A stretch of 63,981 nt of DNA, from the NCBI GenBank assembly GCA_964485455.1, contig CAZAJU010000001.1, positions 1 through 63,981 on the forward strand, given 5' to 3'. Source of the DNA: an uncultured Tissierella sp. Its GTDB lineage: Bacteria; Bacillota; Clostridia; Tissierellales; Tissierellaceae. Made by a program: the position numbers and the translations under genes. Below are positions 11,598 through 22,446 of the stretch, one piece after another. Within the stretch, counting starts at the first letter, position 1. Each line of letters starts with the position of its first letter. Under the pieces are notes generated by a model. The model was not told the DNA's origin. It did not search any database and saw only the letters and a program-made list of their open reading frames with translations.

Positions 11598-11622
11598 AAG
11601 TAGTGGTTTTCCACTACTTTTT
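11598..11622 (+). terminator. Hairpin/terminator between scfA and scfB
   Basis: AAGTAGTGG-TTTT-CCACTACTT-TTT. Confidence 0.75.
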
Positions 11623-11674
11623 CTTATGGATAAGAGATTCCGCATTTTGCAAATTCTAGGAGGAATAGAAATAG

Positions 11675-13036
11675 ATGAACAAAGCAGCAAAGATACATAA
11701 ATTCTACTTAAATGATAAGTATATAGTTTTGGATGTCAACAGTGGTGGGGTTCACGTAGTTGATAAGATAATATATGATATCCTGGATTTATACGAAGAC
11801 TATGATGAGTTAGAGGTTATATCAAAGTTAAAGAATTTATATGATGAAGAAACTATTAAGGATGCATATAATGAAATCGGCGAACTAGTGAAAGAAGGTA
11901 TTCTTTTTTCTGAAGAAAATGATATATCTAATTTTAACTACAATCAGGAAAATATCGTAAAGGCTATGTGCCTTCATGTAGCTCACGACTGCAATTTAAA
12001 ATGTAATTACTGCTTTGCATCCCAAGGAAATTTCAAGGGCGAAAGACATATGATGAGCCTCGAAACTGGTAAGAAGGCATTAGAGTTTTTAGCTAAGAAT
12101 TCTGGTAAGAGAAGAAATTTGGAAGTAGATTTCTTTGGCGGAGAGCCTTTGATGAACTTTGACATTGTCAAACAATTAGTAGCTTACGGTAGAGAGATAG
12201 AAAAAATATATAATAAGAATTTTAGATTTACCATCACTACAAATGGTGTTCTTCTTGATGAGGAAAAGATGGACTTTATCAATGAGAACATGGATAATGT
12301 TGTACTAAGCCTTGATGGAAGGAAGGAAGTAAACGACCATATGCGTCAAACCATCAACGGAGGTGGAAGCTACGATATAATACTTCCAAAGTTTAAAGAG
12401 ATGGTAGAAAAACGTGGCGACAAGGATTATTATATTAGAGGGACATTTACTAGTAAGAATATAGATTTTTCAAATGATATAATGGATTATTATAACAATG
12501 GATTTAAGAAAGTAAGTATGGAGCCTGTAGTTACATCTGAAGAAATGGATTATGCTCTACGTGAGGAGCATCTTATGGATGTTTTAAAGGAATATGAGAA
12601 GTTCTCAAAGGATTATATAGATATCAAGAAAAAAGATAAGGACTTCTATTTCTTCCACTATATGATCGATTTAAGCCAGGGACCTTGTATTATTAAAAGA
12701 GCTGTAGGCTGTGGTGCAGGAAGCGAATATTTAGCCATAACACCTGAAGGAGAATTATATCCTTGTCATCAGTTTGTAGGTGAAAAGGAGTTCATGCTTG
12801 GAACCTTAGATGAAGGAATAGTAAAGACTGAGTTAAGGGATAAGTTTAAAAATGCTAATGTATACAATTCTCCTGAGTGTAGAGTTTGCTGGGCAAGATT
12901 TTACTGTAGTGGAGGTTGTCATGCTAATGCTCACTATGCAAATGGAGATTTCTCCAAACCATATAGACTTGGTTGCGAGATGGAAAAAAAGAGAATAGAA
13001 TGCTCAATATCCATATTGGCAAATTTAGAAGATTAG
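11675..13036 (+). CDS. scfB: SCIFF radical SAM/SPASM thioether maturase
   Basis: N-terminal RRE-like region, CNLKCNYC, FFGGEPL, GCGAG, PCHQF, CRVC..RFYCSGGC SPASM. Confidence 0.96.
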   Translation: MNKAAKIHKFYLNDKYIVLDVNSGGVHVVDKIIYDILDLYEDYDELEVISKLKNLYDEETIKDAYNEIGELVKEGILFSEENDISNFNYNQENIVKAMCLHVAHDCNLKCNYCFASQGNFKGERHMMSLETGKKALEFLAKNSGKRRNLEVDFFGGEPLMNFDIVKQLVAYGREIEKIYNKNFRFTITTNGVLLDEEKMDFINENMDNVVLSLDGRKEVNDHMRQTINGGGSYDIILPKFKEMVEKRGDKDYYIRGTFTSKNIDFSNDIMDYYNNGFKKVSMEPVVTSEEMDYALREEHLMDVLKEYEKFSKDYIDIKKKDKDFYFFHYMIDLSQGPCIIKRAVGCGAGSEYLAITPEGELYPCHQFVGEKEFMLGTLDEGIVKTELRDKFKNANVYNSPECRVCWARFYCSGGCHANAHYANGDFSKPYRLGCEMEKKRIECSISILANLED

Positions 13037-13058
13037 TTTACAAATCATATTAGAAGTT

Positions 13059-13091
13059 GATAGAAACTGCTGTTTGGGCGGTTTCTATTTT
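13059..13091 (+). terminator. Intrinsic terminator after scfB
   Basis: TAGAAACTGC...GCGGTTTCTA-TTTT. Confidence 0.75.
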
Positions 13092-13139
13092 GCATATATG
13101 GGTAAATATTCACAAGAAAGATATTTAGGAGATGATGAG

Positions 13140-13484
13140 ATGGAAAAGGGGTTTATTTTTTCTTTAATACTTGCTGTGATAGTTGGAATATTTGCTGTAA
13201 GTAACGGTGAAAGGGTTGAAGTAGACTTTATATTTACCAAAATCTATATGTCTCAAGCAATTGTAATTTTTATATCCACTTTTCTAGGAGCTGTAATTGT
13301 TGCCATAATAGGATGGATAAAAAGTTGGAGATACAAAAGACAGATAAAAGATTTAAATAAGAAAATCCAATCTTTAGAAGATGATAAGATAAGAATTCTT
13401 CAAGATGTTGAAAAGAAGGAAGAACAGATAAAGACTTTATATAATAGGAATAATCAAGAAATTGAGCAAAACTCAGAGCTTTAA
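13140..13484 (+). CDS. LapA/DUF1049 family membrane protein with coiled-coil tail
   Basis: IFAVSN...V.VDFIF, second TM, basic coiled coil; ATG 13140 after AGGAG. Confidence 0.8.
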   Translation: MEKGFIFSLILAVIVGIFAVSNGERVEVDFIFTKIYMSQAIVIFISTFLGAVIVAIIGWIKSWRYKRQIKDLNKKIQSLEDDKIRILQDVEKKEEQIKTLYNRNNQEIEQNSEL

Positions 13485-13543
13485 AAGACTAGTAAAATAT
13501 CTAATAAAATGATAAAATTTATTGGTTAGAACGATTTTTTGGA

Positions 13544-15313
13544 GTGAGCATTTTGGAGAAGTGGTTTATAAGAAATAAGAAACATGATTTCAGAAGAATT
13601 GCAATGGAAATGGGGATTAGTGAAATAGTTGCTAAACTATTAGTTAATAGAGATATATTTATAAAAAGAGATATAGAATTGTTTTTGAATCCTGATTTAA
13701 ATTATCTTTCCAATCCTGAACTTATGAAGGATATGACAAAAGCAGCTGATATTCTTCTTAATAAGATAAGAGAAGATAAGAAGATAAGAATTGTTGGAGA
13801 CTTCGATGTTGATGGAGTAATGAGCGTATATATACTTTATAAAGCACTTAAAAAGCTCGGTGCCAATGTTGATTATGTGATTCCAGATCGAATAATGGAT
13901 GGATATGGAATCAATATAGACATTGTAAAAGCTGCAAAACTAGATGGTGTTGATACTATTCTAACATGTGACAATGGAATAGCTGCAATTGAACAGATAA
14001 ATTTTGCGAAGGATATTGGATTAAATGTTATTGTAACTGATCATCATGATATCCCCTATATAGATGAAGGTGAAAAAATATTTTTAAGGTCCAATGCTGA
14101 TGCAATAATCAACCCTAAGCAGCCTGAATGCAACTATCCAGAAAAGACCCTATGTGGTGCAGGTATTGCATATACACTTATAAAGTATTTATATTCTAGG
14201 TCAAAGTATACAACAGATGCTGATGAATTCCTACAATTTGCAGCAATTGCTACAATTTGTGATGTTGTAGATTTAGTTGGGGAAAATAGGATTATAGTTA
14301 AGAAAGGTCTGGAATACTTAAATAATTCGGATAATATAGGTCTTAATGCACTTATCGATATGTGTGGTATAAAGGACAAGGAAATCGGAGTATATCATGT
14401 GGGATTTATAATCGGTCCAACAATTAATGCTTCAGGTAGATTGGATTCAGCTCTATATGCCCTTAAGCTACTTTTATGTGAAGATGTAGTACTAGCTTAT
14501 GAAATAGCTAAAAATCTAAAGGAGCTAAATGAGGATAGAAAGAGTATGACTGACTCAGGAGTAAACATGATTATTGAGCAGATTGAGAAAAATGGTCTAT
14601 ATAATCATAAGATACTTGTTGTATATGAGCCGAAAATTCATGAAAGTATAGCAGGTATAATTGCAGGTAGGATAAAGGATAAATACAATAAACCCACAAT
14701 TGTATTAACTAAGGGCATGGAGGGAGTTAAAGGTTCAGCTAGATCTATTGAGGATTATAATATGTTTGAGGAGCTTACAAAATGCAAGGTCCTCCTTAAT
14801 AAGTTCGGTGGTCATCCTATGGCAGCCGGTCTTTCCTTAGATGAGGAGAATATTAATTTGCTAAGAGAGAGGTTAAATGAAAATTCAACCTTAAGTGATG
14901 AGGATTTAATACCCAAAGTATATATTGACATGGAGCTTCCAATTGAATATATTAGTTACAAGTTGATAGAGGATATAAGTATCTTAGAGCCCTTCGGTAA
15001 AGGAAATTCAAAGCCATTATTTGGAGGTAAAAACCTTAGAATTCAGAGAGGATTTGTTCTAGGAGCAAATAAAAATGTACTTAAACTTAGTCTAACGTCA
15101 TTCAGTGGGCAGAGTATAGAGGGATTGTTGTTTAATAATAGTGATGGATTTTTAACAGCGCTGGAGAACAAATATGGGGCTAGTATGAAAGAAAATATGC
15201 TAAAAGGTTTAGAAAACAATATTATTGTAGATATTCTTTATTATCCTAATATAAATGAATTTAATGGAAATTCTACTCTACAGGTCGTTATTCAGAATTA
15301 TAGATTTAATTAG
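13544..15313 (+). CDS. recJ: Single-stranded-DNA-specific exonuclease RecJ
   Basis: GDFDVDG, TCDNG, TDHH, INASGRL, GGHPMAAG. Confidence 0.96.
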   Translation: MSILEKWFIRNKKHDFRRIAMEMGISEIVAKLLVNRDIFIKRDIELFLNPDLNYLSNPELMKDMTKAADILLNKIREDKKIRIVGDFDVDGVMSVYILYKALKKLGANVDYVIPDRIMDGYGINIDIVKAAKLDGVDTILTCDNGIAAIEQINFAKDIGLNVIVTDHHDIPYIDEGEKIFLRSNADAIINPKQPECNYPEKTLCGAGIAYTLIKYLYSRSKYTTDADEFLQFAAIATICDVVDLVGENRIIVKKGLEYLNNSDNIGLNALIDMCGIKDKEIGVYHVGFIIGPTINASGRLDSALYALKLLLCEDVVLAYEIAKNLKELNEDRKSMTDSGVNMIIEQIEKNGLYNHKILVVYEPKIHESIAGIIAGRIKDKYNKPTIVLTKGMEGVKGSARSIEDYNMFEELTKCKVLLNKFGGHPMAAGLSLDEENINLLRERLNENSTLSDEDLIPKVYIDMELPIEYISYKLIEDISILEPFGKGNSKPLFGGKNLRIQRGFVLGANKNVLKLSLTSFSGQSIEGLLFNNSDGFLTALENKYGASMKENMLKGLENNIIVDILYYPNINEFNGNSTLQVVIQNYRFN

Positions 15314-15341
15314 CAATTATCCTAATTAAGAAGGTGAAACC

Positions 15342-17504
15342 GTGTTAGAAAAATTAATATCAACAATTGAATCATATAACCCCCAAGCTGATATGCAGCA
15401 AGTCATTAAGGCATATAATTATGCTAATCAAGCCCATGAGGGTCAGCGGAGAAATTCCGGAGAAAAATATATCGTTCATCCTGTAAATGTTGCAATAATA
15501 TTGGCAGAGCTAAACATGGATACACCAACTATAATTGCTGGTTTACTTCATGATGTTATAGAGGATACTCATGTTAGCTATGAAACCTTAGCAGGTAATT
15601 TTGGAAAAGAAGTTGCAGATTTAGTAGACGGAGTAACCAAACTTAAGAAGTTGGAATATAAAACCAAGCAAGAGAATCAGGCTGAAAACCTTAGGAAGAT
15701 GGTTCTTGCTATGGCTAATGATATAAGAGTTATTATAGTAAAGCTTGCTGACAGACTCCACAATATGAGAACACTGGAATACATGACAGACGAAAAGAAG
15801 AAGGCAAAGGCTCTAGAAACTCTTGAAATTTATGCTCCAATAGCTCATAGGCTTGGTATCTCAAGGATTAAATGGGAGTTGGAAGACCTTTCACTTAGGT
15901 ATCTTGATCCTGATAATTATTATGATTTAGTAGAAAAGGTTTCTAAAAGAAGGCAAGAGAGGGAAGCTTATATTCAGGAGATAATACAGATTCTTAAGGA
16001 AAAGCTTGGGGAAATGGATATTCAATGCGACATAAGCGGAAGACCTAAGAATTTTTATAGTATATATAAGAAAATGTACAATCAAGGCAAGGCCTTTGAA
16101 CAAATCTTTGACCTTACTGCAGTTAGAATTCTAGTAGATAATATAAAAGATTGTTATGGAGCCTTGGGTATAGTTCATACTCTTTGGAAGCCTATCCCAG
16201 GAAGATTCAAGGACTATATTGCCATGCCTAAGCCCAATATGTATCAGTCCCTTCATACTACTGTAATTGGGAATGAAGGTGAGATATTTGAAGTTCAAAT
16301 TAGAACCTATGATATGCATAAAACCGCTGAATATGGTATTGCTGCCCATTGGAAGTATAAGGAAGGGACTGTTAGAAGCGAAAATTTCGATGACAAACTA
16401 ACATGGCTTAGACAATTATTGGAGTGGCAAGCAGATTTAAATGATCCTAGAGAATTTATGGAGACCCTGAAAATAGATTTCTTCACGGATGAGGTGTTTG
16501 TCTTTACACCTAGGGGCGATGTTATAAATCTACCTGATGGTTCAACACCTATAGATTTTGCATATAGAGTCCATACTGCTGTAGGTAATAATTGTGTTGG
16601 TGCAAAAGTAGATGGCAGGATAGTACCTATTAACTATAAGCTAAGGAATGGAAATATTGTTGAAATAATTACCGCAAATGGAAGTGCACCTAGTAGAGAT
16701 TGGCTTAAGATAGTAAAGAGTACCCAAGCTAAGAATAAAATCAGACAATACTTTAAGCAGAAGGATAGAGATATAAATATTGCAAAAGGTAAGGAACAGC
16801 TTGAAAAGGAAATTAAACGTTTAGGTTATAAACCAGCTGATATACTAAAAGATGAATGGGTTAAGAATGTAGCATCTAAGATTAGCATTAATTCTATAGA
16901 TGACTTGTATGCAAACCTTGGATTTGGAAATATATCCATAAATCAAGTAATTAGCAAGCTAAGAGAATATTATAAAGAATATTTCAAGGTTACAGATGAA
17001 GCAGCATTTGTAGAGGGTAAAATACAGCAACCACAACAAAAGAAAAAACAGAAGCCAAACCAAGGCATTGTGGTTAAAGGCGTAGATAATATTAAGGTAA
17101 GATTTTCTAAATGTTGCAATCCTGTACCTGGAGATGACATAATAGGTTTCATAACTAGGGGACGAGGCGTCTCAATTCATAGGTCAGATTGTACAAATAT
17201 AAACTTCAATATAGGTGAAGATGAAAGACTTATTGAGGTTTCTTGGGATTTGGAGAAGAAGGCATCCTATAGTGCTGAGATACAAGTGAAGGCAACTGAT
17301 AGAAATGGTATTTTAGCTGAGGTTGCATCTAAAGTAACAGAATCAAACATTGGACTTTTGTCCTTAAATGCTAGATCAAATAAAGAAAAAGTAGTAACCA
17401 TAAATATGACATTAGAAATAAGTAATATTGAACAGCTTAAAGAGCTAATGAAAAAATTGAAGAAAATCAAGAGTGTTACAGATGTATATAGGGTTACAGC
17501 TTAG
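15342..17504 (+). CDS. relA: Bifunctional (p)ppGpp synthetase/hydrolase Rel
   Basis: Intact HD motif (LHDVIED), [32 protein letters not shown]. Confidence 0.97.
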   Translation: MLEKLISTIESYNPQADMQQVIKAYNYANQAHEGQRRNSGEKYIVHPVNVAIILAELNMDTPTIIAGLLHDVIEDTHVSYETLAGNFGKEVADLVDGVTKLKKLEYKTKQENQAENLRKMVLAMANDIRVIIVKLADRLHNMRTLEYMTDEKKKAKALETLEIYAPIAHRLGISRIKWELEDLSLRYLDPDNYYDLVEKVSKRRQEREAYIQEIIQILKEKLGEMDIQCDISGRPKNFYSIYKKMYNQGKAFEQIFDLTAVRILVDNIKDCYGALGIVHTLWKPIPGRFKDYIAMPKPNMYQSLHTTVIGNEGEIFEVQIRTYDMHKTAEYGIAAHWKYKEGTVRSENFDDKLTWLRQLLEWQADLNDPREFMETLKIDFFTDEVFVFTPRGDVINLPDGSTPIDFAYRVHTAVGNNCVGAKVDGRIVPINYKLRNGNIVEIITANGSAPSRDWLKIVKSTQAKNKIRQYFKQKDRDINIAKGKEQLEKEIKRLGYKPADILKDEWVKNVASKISINSIDDLYANLGFGNISINQVISKLREYYKEYFKVTDEAAFVEGKIQQPQQKKKQKPNQGIVVKGVDNIKVRFSKCCNPVPGDDIIGFITRGRGVSIHRSDCTNINFNIGEDERLIEVSWDLEKKASYSAEIQVKATDRNGILAEVASKVTESNIGLLSLNARSNKEKVVTINMTLEISNIEQLKELMKKLKKIKSVTDVYRVTA

Positions 17505-17512
17505 GAGGAATT

Positions 17513-17962
17513 ATGAGGGCAGTAGTACAAAGAGTGGATGAAGCATCAGTTGTAGTTGATGGAAGTGTTGTCGGAACCATAGGAAAAGGATTGTTGGTTT
17601 TTCTAGGTGTAGGAGAAGATGACCTTGATAAGGATCTTGATTATTTAGTGGAAAAAGTACTAGGTCTAAGGATCTTTCAAGATGAGAATGATAAAATGAA
17701 TTTGTCTCTTATGGATGTAAAGGGAGAACTGCTAGTAGTATCCCAGTTTACTCTCTACGGGGATGCAAGAAAGGGTAAGAGACCTAGCTTTTCAACTTCT
17801 GCAGCTCCAGACATAGGAAATAAGTATTATGAAGAATTTATTAAGAAAGCCAGAAGCTTTGGGGTAAAAACGGAAACTGGAATTTTTGGGGCAGATATGG
17901 AAGTAAAGCTAGTAAACAATGGACCAGTTACTATTTTACTAGATAGCAAGAAGCTTTTCTAA
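17513..17962 (+). CDS. dtd: D-aminoacyl-tRNA deacylase
   Basis: [19 protein letters not shown]. Confidence 0.97.
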   Translation: MRAVVQRVDEASVVVDGSVVGTIGKGLLVFLGVGEDDLDKDLDYLVEKVLGLRIFQDENDKMNLSLMDVKGELLVVSQFTLYGDARKGKRPSFSTSAAPDIGNKYYEEFIKKARSFGVKTETGIFGADMEVKLVNNGPVTILLDSKKLF

Positions 17963-17986
17963 GAATCGAACTTAAGGAGGATGTAC

Positions 17987-18607
17987 ATGAATGTATTAAG
18001 AATTCCTGCAGGGATTTATGCTGCTAACTGCTACATAGTATATTCTGAGGAAGATAAGGCAGCAATTGTAGTTGACCCAGGTGGAGATGCAGATGATTTG
18101 ATAAATAAAATTATTGATAATAATTTGGATTTAAAATATATAGTATTGACCCATGGACACGGTGATCATATAGGTGGAGTAATGAGTATAAAAGATAGAT
18201 TCAATGTTCCAATTTTAATTCATGAAGAGGATGCTGAGCTCTTAGAAAGTGGAGAGTTGAATCTATCTAGTAAAATGGCTATGAAAGAAGTTGAACTAAA
18301 ATCGGATAAGACCTTAAAAGATGGAGATAGTATCTCTTTTGGAAACCTTGAGGCAAAAGTAATTCATACACCAGGCCATACTAAAGGAGGTATATGTCTA
18401 CTTATTTCCAATGCCCTTTTTACGGGAGATACATTATTTAAGGGTTCAATCGGGAGATCAGATTTATACGGTGGAGATTTTGATGCACTAATTAGCTCTA
18501 TTAAAGGTAAGCTACTTCAACTATCTGATGAAACAATTGTCTATCCTGGACATGGAGGTCAATCCTCTATTGGATATGAAAAGAAAACTAATCATTTTTT
18601 AAGATAG
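17987..18607 (+). CDS. MBL-fold metallo-hydrolase (glyoxalase II-like)
   Basis: THGHGDH, HTPGHT, FTGDTLF, YPGHG. Confidence 0.92.
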   Translation: MNVLRIPAGIYAANCYIVYSEEDKAAIVVDPGGDADDLINKIIDNNLDLKYIVLTHGHGDHIGGVMSIKDRFNVPILIHEEDAELLESGELNLSSKMAMKEVELKSDKTLKDGDSISFGNLEAKVIHTPGHTKGGICLLISNALFTGDTLFKGSIGRSDLYGGDFDALISSIKGKLLQLSDETIVYPGHGGQSSIGYEKKTNHFLR

Positions 18608-18614
18608 GTGTTTC

Positions 18615-20081
18615 ATGATTTCAGTAAAAGTAAATGGATTCCAATATAATAATGATTTTTTTGAGCTTATAAGGATTTTTTTTCCAGGTCACGAAATACT
18701 AAATGTTGATTCTTATGTTGGATATGATGGATATTTTATAGATATTAGTCTTTTAGATGAAAAAATAGCTTGCACCAAAATTTTTAGTGATGAAATTTTA
18801 AGAACAGAATCTACGGTTCTATTAAGAGATTACAATATAAATCGACCTAAAGATAAAACTATAAAAAATGCAATTAAGAAATCCATATATGAAGCTTTAA
18901 TTCAGCTAACAGGTTTAGAAGTTCCCTGGGGTATTCTAACAGGAATACGCCCTACCAAAGTTGTACATGATTTATTAGAGCTAGAGATTCCAAAGGATGA
19001 AATATTTAATATTTTAACTAAGTGCTATATGCTAGCTGAGGAAAAGGCAAGGTTAATAATTGATATTGCAACAATTCAGGAGCCTTATCTCTACCCTATA
19101 GATAAAGATAAATTTAGCTTATATGTAGGTATTCCATTTTGTCCTACTAGATGTATCTACTGTTCCTTTGCATCTTATACAACAGCTAAGTTTTCACACT
19201 TAATTGATGAGTATGTCAATAAACTAATTTATGAAATAGAGATTATAAAAGATTTAACTCTGGGTAGAAAGATAAACGCTGTTTATATAGGAGGAGGTAC
19301 TCCTACAGCAATACCTGTAGCAAGTCTTGAGAAAATAATTAAAACCATAAATTCTTGCTTTGGAAGAGATAATATCTCTGAATTTACAGTTGAAGCAGGT
19401 AGACCTGATACTATCACATTAGAGGTTCTAAATATGTTAAAAGCCAATAAGGTGGATAGAATCAGCATCAATCCTCAGACTATGAACGAAAAGACTCTTA
19501 AATCCATTGGTAGAAACCATAGCCCAGAGGATATAATTAATGCCTATTATATGAGCAGGGAAGTTGGGTTTAAAAGTATAAATATGGACTTAATAGTTGG
19601 ACTTCCAGGCGAGGGTTTAAAAGAAATTCAGAATACACTGAAGTTGATTGGTGAGCTATCTCCAGACAATCTTACAGTTCATACCTTAGCTATTAAAAGG
19701 GGTTCTATTTTTAAGGAAAAAAAGCAGGATTATATAATAGAGGAACAAAAGGTTATTGCTAATATGCTAGATGAAACTAAAAAGTTTGCATCGAGCAATT
19801 TCCTCAATCCATACTATCTATATAGACAAAAAGATATACTCGGGAATTTTGAAAATATTGGCTATGCCAAAAAAGGTCATGAATGTATTTATAATATTTC
19901 GATTATGGAAGAGAGAGAATCCATTATAGGTGCAGGTGTTGGCTCTACTACCAAGATTTATTTTCCAGAGAATGGAAGGTTGGAAAGGATATTTAATTTC
20001 AAGGATATTAAAGAGTATATTACAAGAATTGAAGAAATAGTTCAAAGAAAAAGCGATTTAATTGGCAAAACCCCTATTTAA
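18615..20081 (+). CDS. hemZ: HemZ-family radical SAM protein
   Basis: PWGILTGIRPTK, CPTRCIYC, GGGTPT, PYYLYRQK. Confidence 0.92.
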   Translation: MISVKVNGFQYNNDFFELIRIFFPGHEILNVDSYVGYDGYFIDISLLDEKIACTKIFSDEILRTESTVLLRDYNINRPKDKTIKNAIKKSIYEALIQLTGLEVPWGILTGIRPTKVVHDLLELEIPKDEIFNILTKCYMLAEEKARLIIDIATIQEPYLYPIDKDKFSLYVGIPFCPTRCIYCSFASYTTAKFSHLIDEYVNKLIYEIEIIKDLTLGRKINAVYIGGGTPTAIPVASLEKIIKTINSCFGRDNISEFTVEAGRPDTITLEVLNMLKANKVDRISINPQTMNEKTLKSIGRNHSPEDIINAYYMSREVGFKSINMDLIVGLPGEGLKEIQNTLKLIGELSPDNLTVHTLAIKRGSIFKEKKQDYIIEEQKVIANMLDETKKFASSNFLNPYYLYRQKDILGNFENIGYAKKGHECIYNISIMEERESIIGAGVGSTTKIYFPENGRLERIFNFKDIKEYITRIEEIVQRKSDLIGKTPI

Positions 20082-20123
20082 AGAGGATATAGATTTAGGG
20101 GATTTATTTTGAGGAGGTTTATT

Positions 20124-21899
20124 ATGGGAGAGAAGATGGGAAGTTTGAGAAGGACTGCAATGTGTGGTAATTTACGTCCTGAAAATGTAGGTGAAGAAGT
20201 AGTACTTATGGGCTGGGTACATAAGGAAAGAAATCTTGGTTCCATAATATTTGTGGACTTAAGAGATACAACTGGTATTACACAGATAGTATTTGATGAT
20301 ACAATATCTGATGAATTGTTTAAGAAAGCAGAGACCATAAGAGGTGAGTATGTTCTTGCTGTAAAAGGAATAGTGAGAACCAGGTCATCCGTCAATAAAG
20401 AAATACCAACTGGTGAAATCGAAGTATTAGTTAAGGAATTGAAAATCCTAGATGAAGCTAATACTCCGCCTATATATATTAAAGATGATGATAATGTTAG
20501 TGAGACAATGAGGCTTAAATATAGGTATTTGGATTTAAGAAAGCCAAAGATGCAAGCTAATTTAAAGTTAAGAGCTAAGACAGCAAAGATTATTAGAGAT
20601 TTCTTCTATGAAAACAACTTTGTTGAGGTTGAAACTCCAATGCTTAATAAGCCTACTCCTGAAGGGGCAAGAGACTATCTTGTACCAAGTAGAGTTAATC
20701 CAGGTAAATTCTATGCATTACCTCAGTCTCCTCAACTAATGAAGCAACTATTGATGGTATCTGGCATGGATAGATATTATCAAATAGTAAAGTGCTTTAG
20801 GGATGAGGATTTAAGAGCTAACAGACAGCCTGAATTTACACAAGTAGATATTGAAATGTCCTTTGTAGACGTTGATGATATTATAAGTATTAATGAAAAA
20901 CTTCTTTATAAGTTATTTAAGGAAATTATGGGGATAGAAATAGAACTTCCTATTAGAAAAATGACTTATAATGAAGCAATGGATAGATTTGGAGTAGATA
21001 AACCGGATTTAAGATTTGGATTCGAGCTTAAGGATATATCAGATCTAGTTAAGGATTCTGGATTTAAAGTGTTTTCATCTGCTGTAGAAAATGGAGGCAG
21101 TGTTAAGGCTATTAATATAAAGGGATATGGAGATAAATTTACTAGAAAAGATATTTCATCCCTTGAGGAATATGCTAAGACTTATGGTGCCAAGGGACTT
21201 GCATGGATTAAAATTACTGAGGAAGGTCTAACTTCTCCAATCGCAAAATTCTTTAGTGATGATGAAATGAAAAAGCTTCTTGATAGAGTAGAAGGAAGCG
21301 AAGGGGATTTAATTCTAATAGTAGGAGATAAGAATTCTATAGTATGTGCATGCCTTGGAAATCTAAGAAACGAAGTGGCGAGAAGATTGAACATTTTAAA
21401 AGGAGATGATATTTGTCCTGTATGGATTACTGAGTTTCCTTTATTTGAATTTGATGAAGAAGAAAATAGATATGTAGCTAAACATCATCCATTTACTCAT
21501 CCTATGGATGAAGATATAGATCTTTTAGAATCCAAACCTGAAGAGGTACGAGCAAAGGCTTATGATATAGTCATCAATGGAGATGAAATGGGTGGTGGAA
21601 GTATTAGAATTAATAATTCAGAGCTTCAAAAAAGGATGTTTAAAGCCCTAGGATTTACTGAAGAAGAGGCTTATGATAAGTTTGGATTCCTTATAGATGC
21701 TTTCCAATATGGTACGCCTCCTCATGGTGGGTTAGCATACGGCTTTGATAGGTTAATTATGCTGTTTACCGATAGTTCAAATATCAGGGATGTAATAGCA
21801 TTCCCTAAAACTCAATCAGCAACTGATTTATTGACAGATGCTCCATCTACAGCAGGGGATAAAGCTTTACAAGAGATTCATATAAAAGTAGATTTTTAA
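20124..21899 (+). CDS. aspS: Aspartate-tRNA ligase
   Basis: OB anticodon domain, RLKYRYLDLR, EGARDY, FRDEDLRANRQPEFTQ, PPHGGLAYGFDR; ATG after GAGGAGG. Confidence 0.98.
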   Translation: MGEKMGSLRRTAMCGNLRPENVGEEVVLMGWVHKERNLGSIIFVDLRDTTGITQIVFDDTISDELFKKAETIRGEYVLAVKGIVRTRSSVNKEIPTGEIEVLVKELKILDEANTPPIYIKDDDNVSETMRLKYRYLDLRKPKMQANLKLRAKTAKIIRDFFYENNFVEVETPMLNKPTPEGARDYLVPSRVNPGKFYALPQSPQLMKQLLMVSGMDRYYQIVKCFRDEDLRANRQPEFTQVDIEMSFVDVDDIISINEKLLYKLFKEIMGIEIELPIRKMTYNEAMDRFGVDKPDLRFGFELKDISDLVKDSGFKVFSSAVENGGSVKAINIKGYGDKFTRKDISSLEEYAKTYGAKGLAWIKITEEGLTSPIAKFFSDDEMKKLLDRVEGSEGDLILIVGDKNSIVCACLGNLRNEVARRLNILKGDDICPVWITEFPLFEFDEEENRYVAKHHPFTHPMDEDIDLLESKPEEVRAKAYDIVINGDEMGGGSIRINNSELQKRMFKALGFTEEEAYDKFGFLIDAFQYGTPPHGGLAYGFDRLIMLFTDSSNIRDVIAFPKTQSATDLLTDAPSTAGDKALQEIHIKVDF

Positions 21900-22017
21900 T
21901 GTGCTATACTATTTAAGAAATTAAGGTTTTTTTGTCATAATATAGGATAGCTGCTTTAACTTTTATATGATATAATAGCTTAGTACAAGTTTAGGTAAAG
22001 TAGTAGGAGGTATCAGC

Positions 22018-22437
22018 ATGGAAAAGGTTGGATTTGTAAGACGAGTTGTAGAAAATCAAGTAGAACTTGTCTTTACTAGAGCATCTGGCTGTGGAAACTG
22101 CAATGGATGTGCTGGTGGTTGTGAAACAAAAGCTCATATTGTTACTCTAGAAAATAGTCTAAATGCAAAAGTAGGAGACTTCGTAGAGTTAAAGGGGCAA
22201 TCCAATAGTATTATGAAATATATGTTTTTAATATATATGATTCCTTTTGCCTTATTTATTGCTGGTATATTAATTGGCAATAGCTATTTTAAGAGTATAG
22301 GAAATTCTAACTATGAGCTTTTAAGCTTTGGGACAGGTATAATTTCTTTGTTTATGTCGTTTTTTATCATTAAGCTTATAGATAAAAAAGTAGCTAAATC
22401 CGGGAAGGCAGCTATAGTAATGACCCGAATTTTATAG
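22018..22437 (+). CDS. rseC: RseC/MucC family (SoxR-reducing system) membrane protein
   Basis: R.SGCGNCNGCAGGC, NSLNAKVGDFV, LIYMIP plus two TM helices. Confidence 0.85.
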   Translation: MEKVGFVRRVVENQVELVFTRASGCGNCNGCAGGCETKAHIVTLENSLNAKVGDFVELKGQSNSIMKYMFLIYMIPFALFIAGILIGNSYFKSIGNSNYELLSFGTGIISLFMSFFIIKLIDKKVAKSGKAAIVMTRIL

Positions 22438-22446
22438 GAGGTAATG

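Noticed and set aside
11448-13036. SCIFF locus as a previously undescribed system
   Set aside because: It is an established, widespread ranthipeptide family in its usual genomic context
13074-13139. Extended N-termini from the track (lapA-like, ylmH, gmk, rsgA, aspS, glyA, tgt)
   Set aside because: They overlap terminators or upstream genes; downstream starts have a better SD or translational coupling
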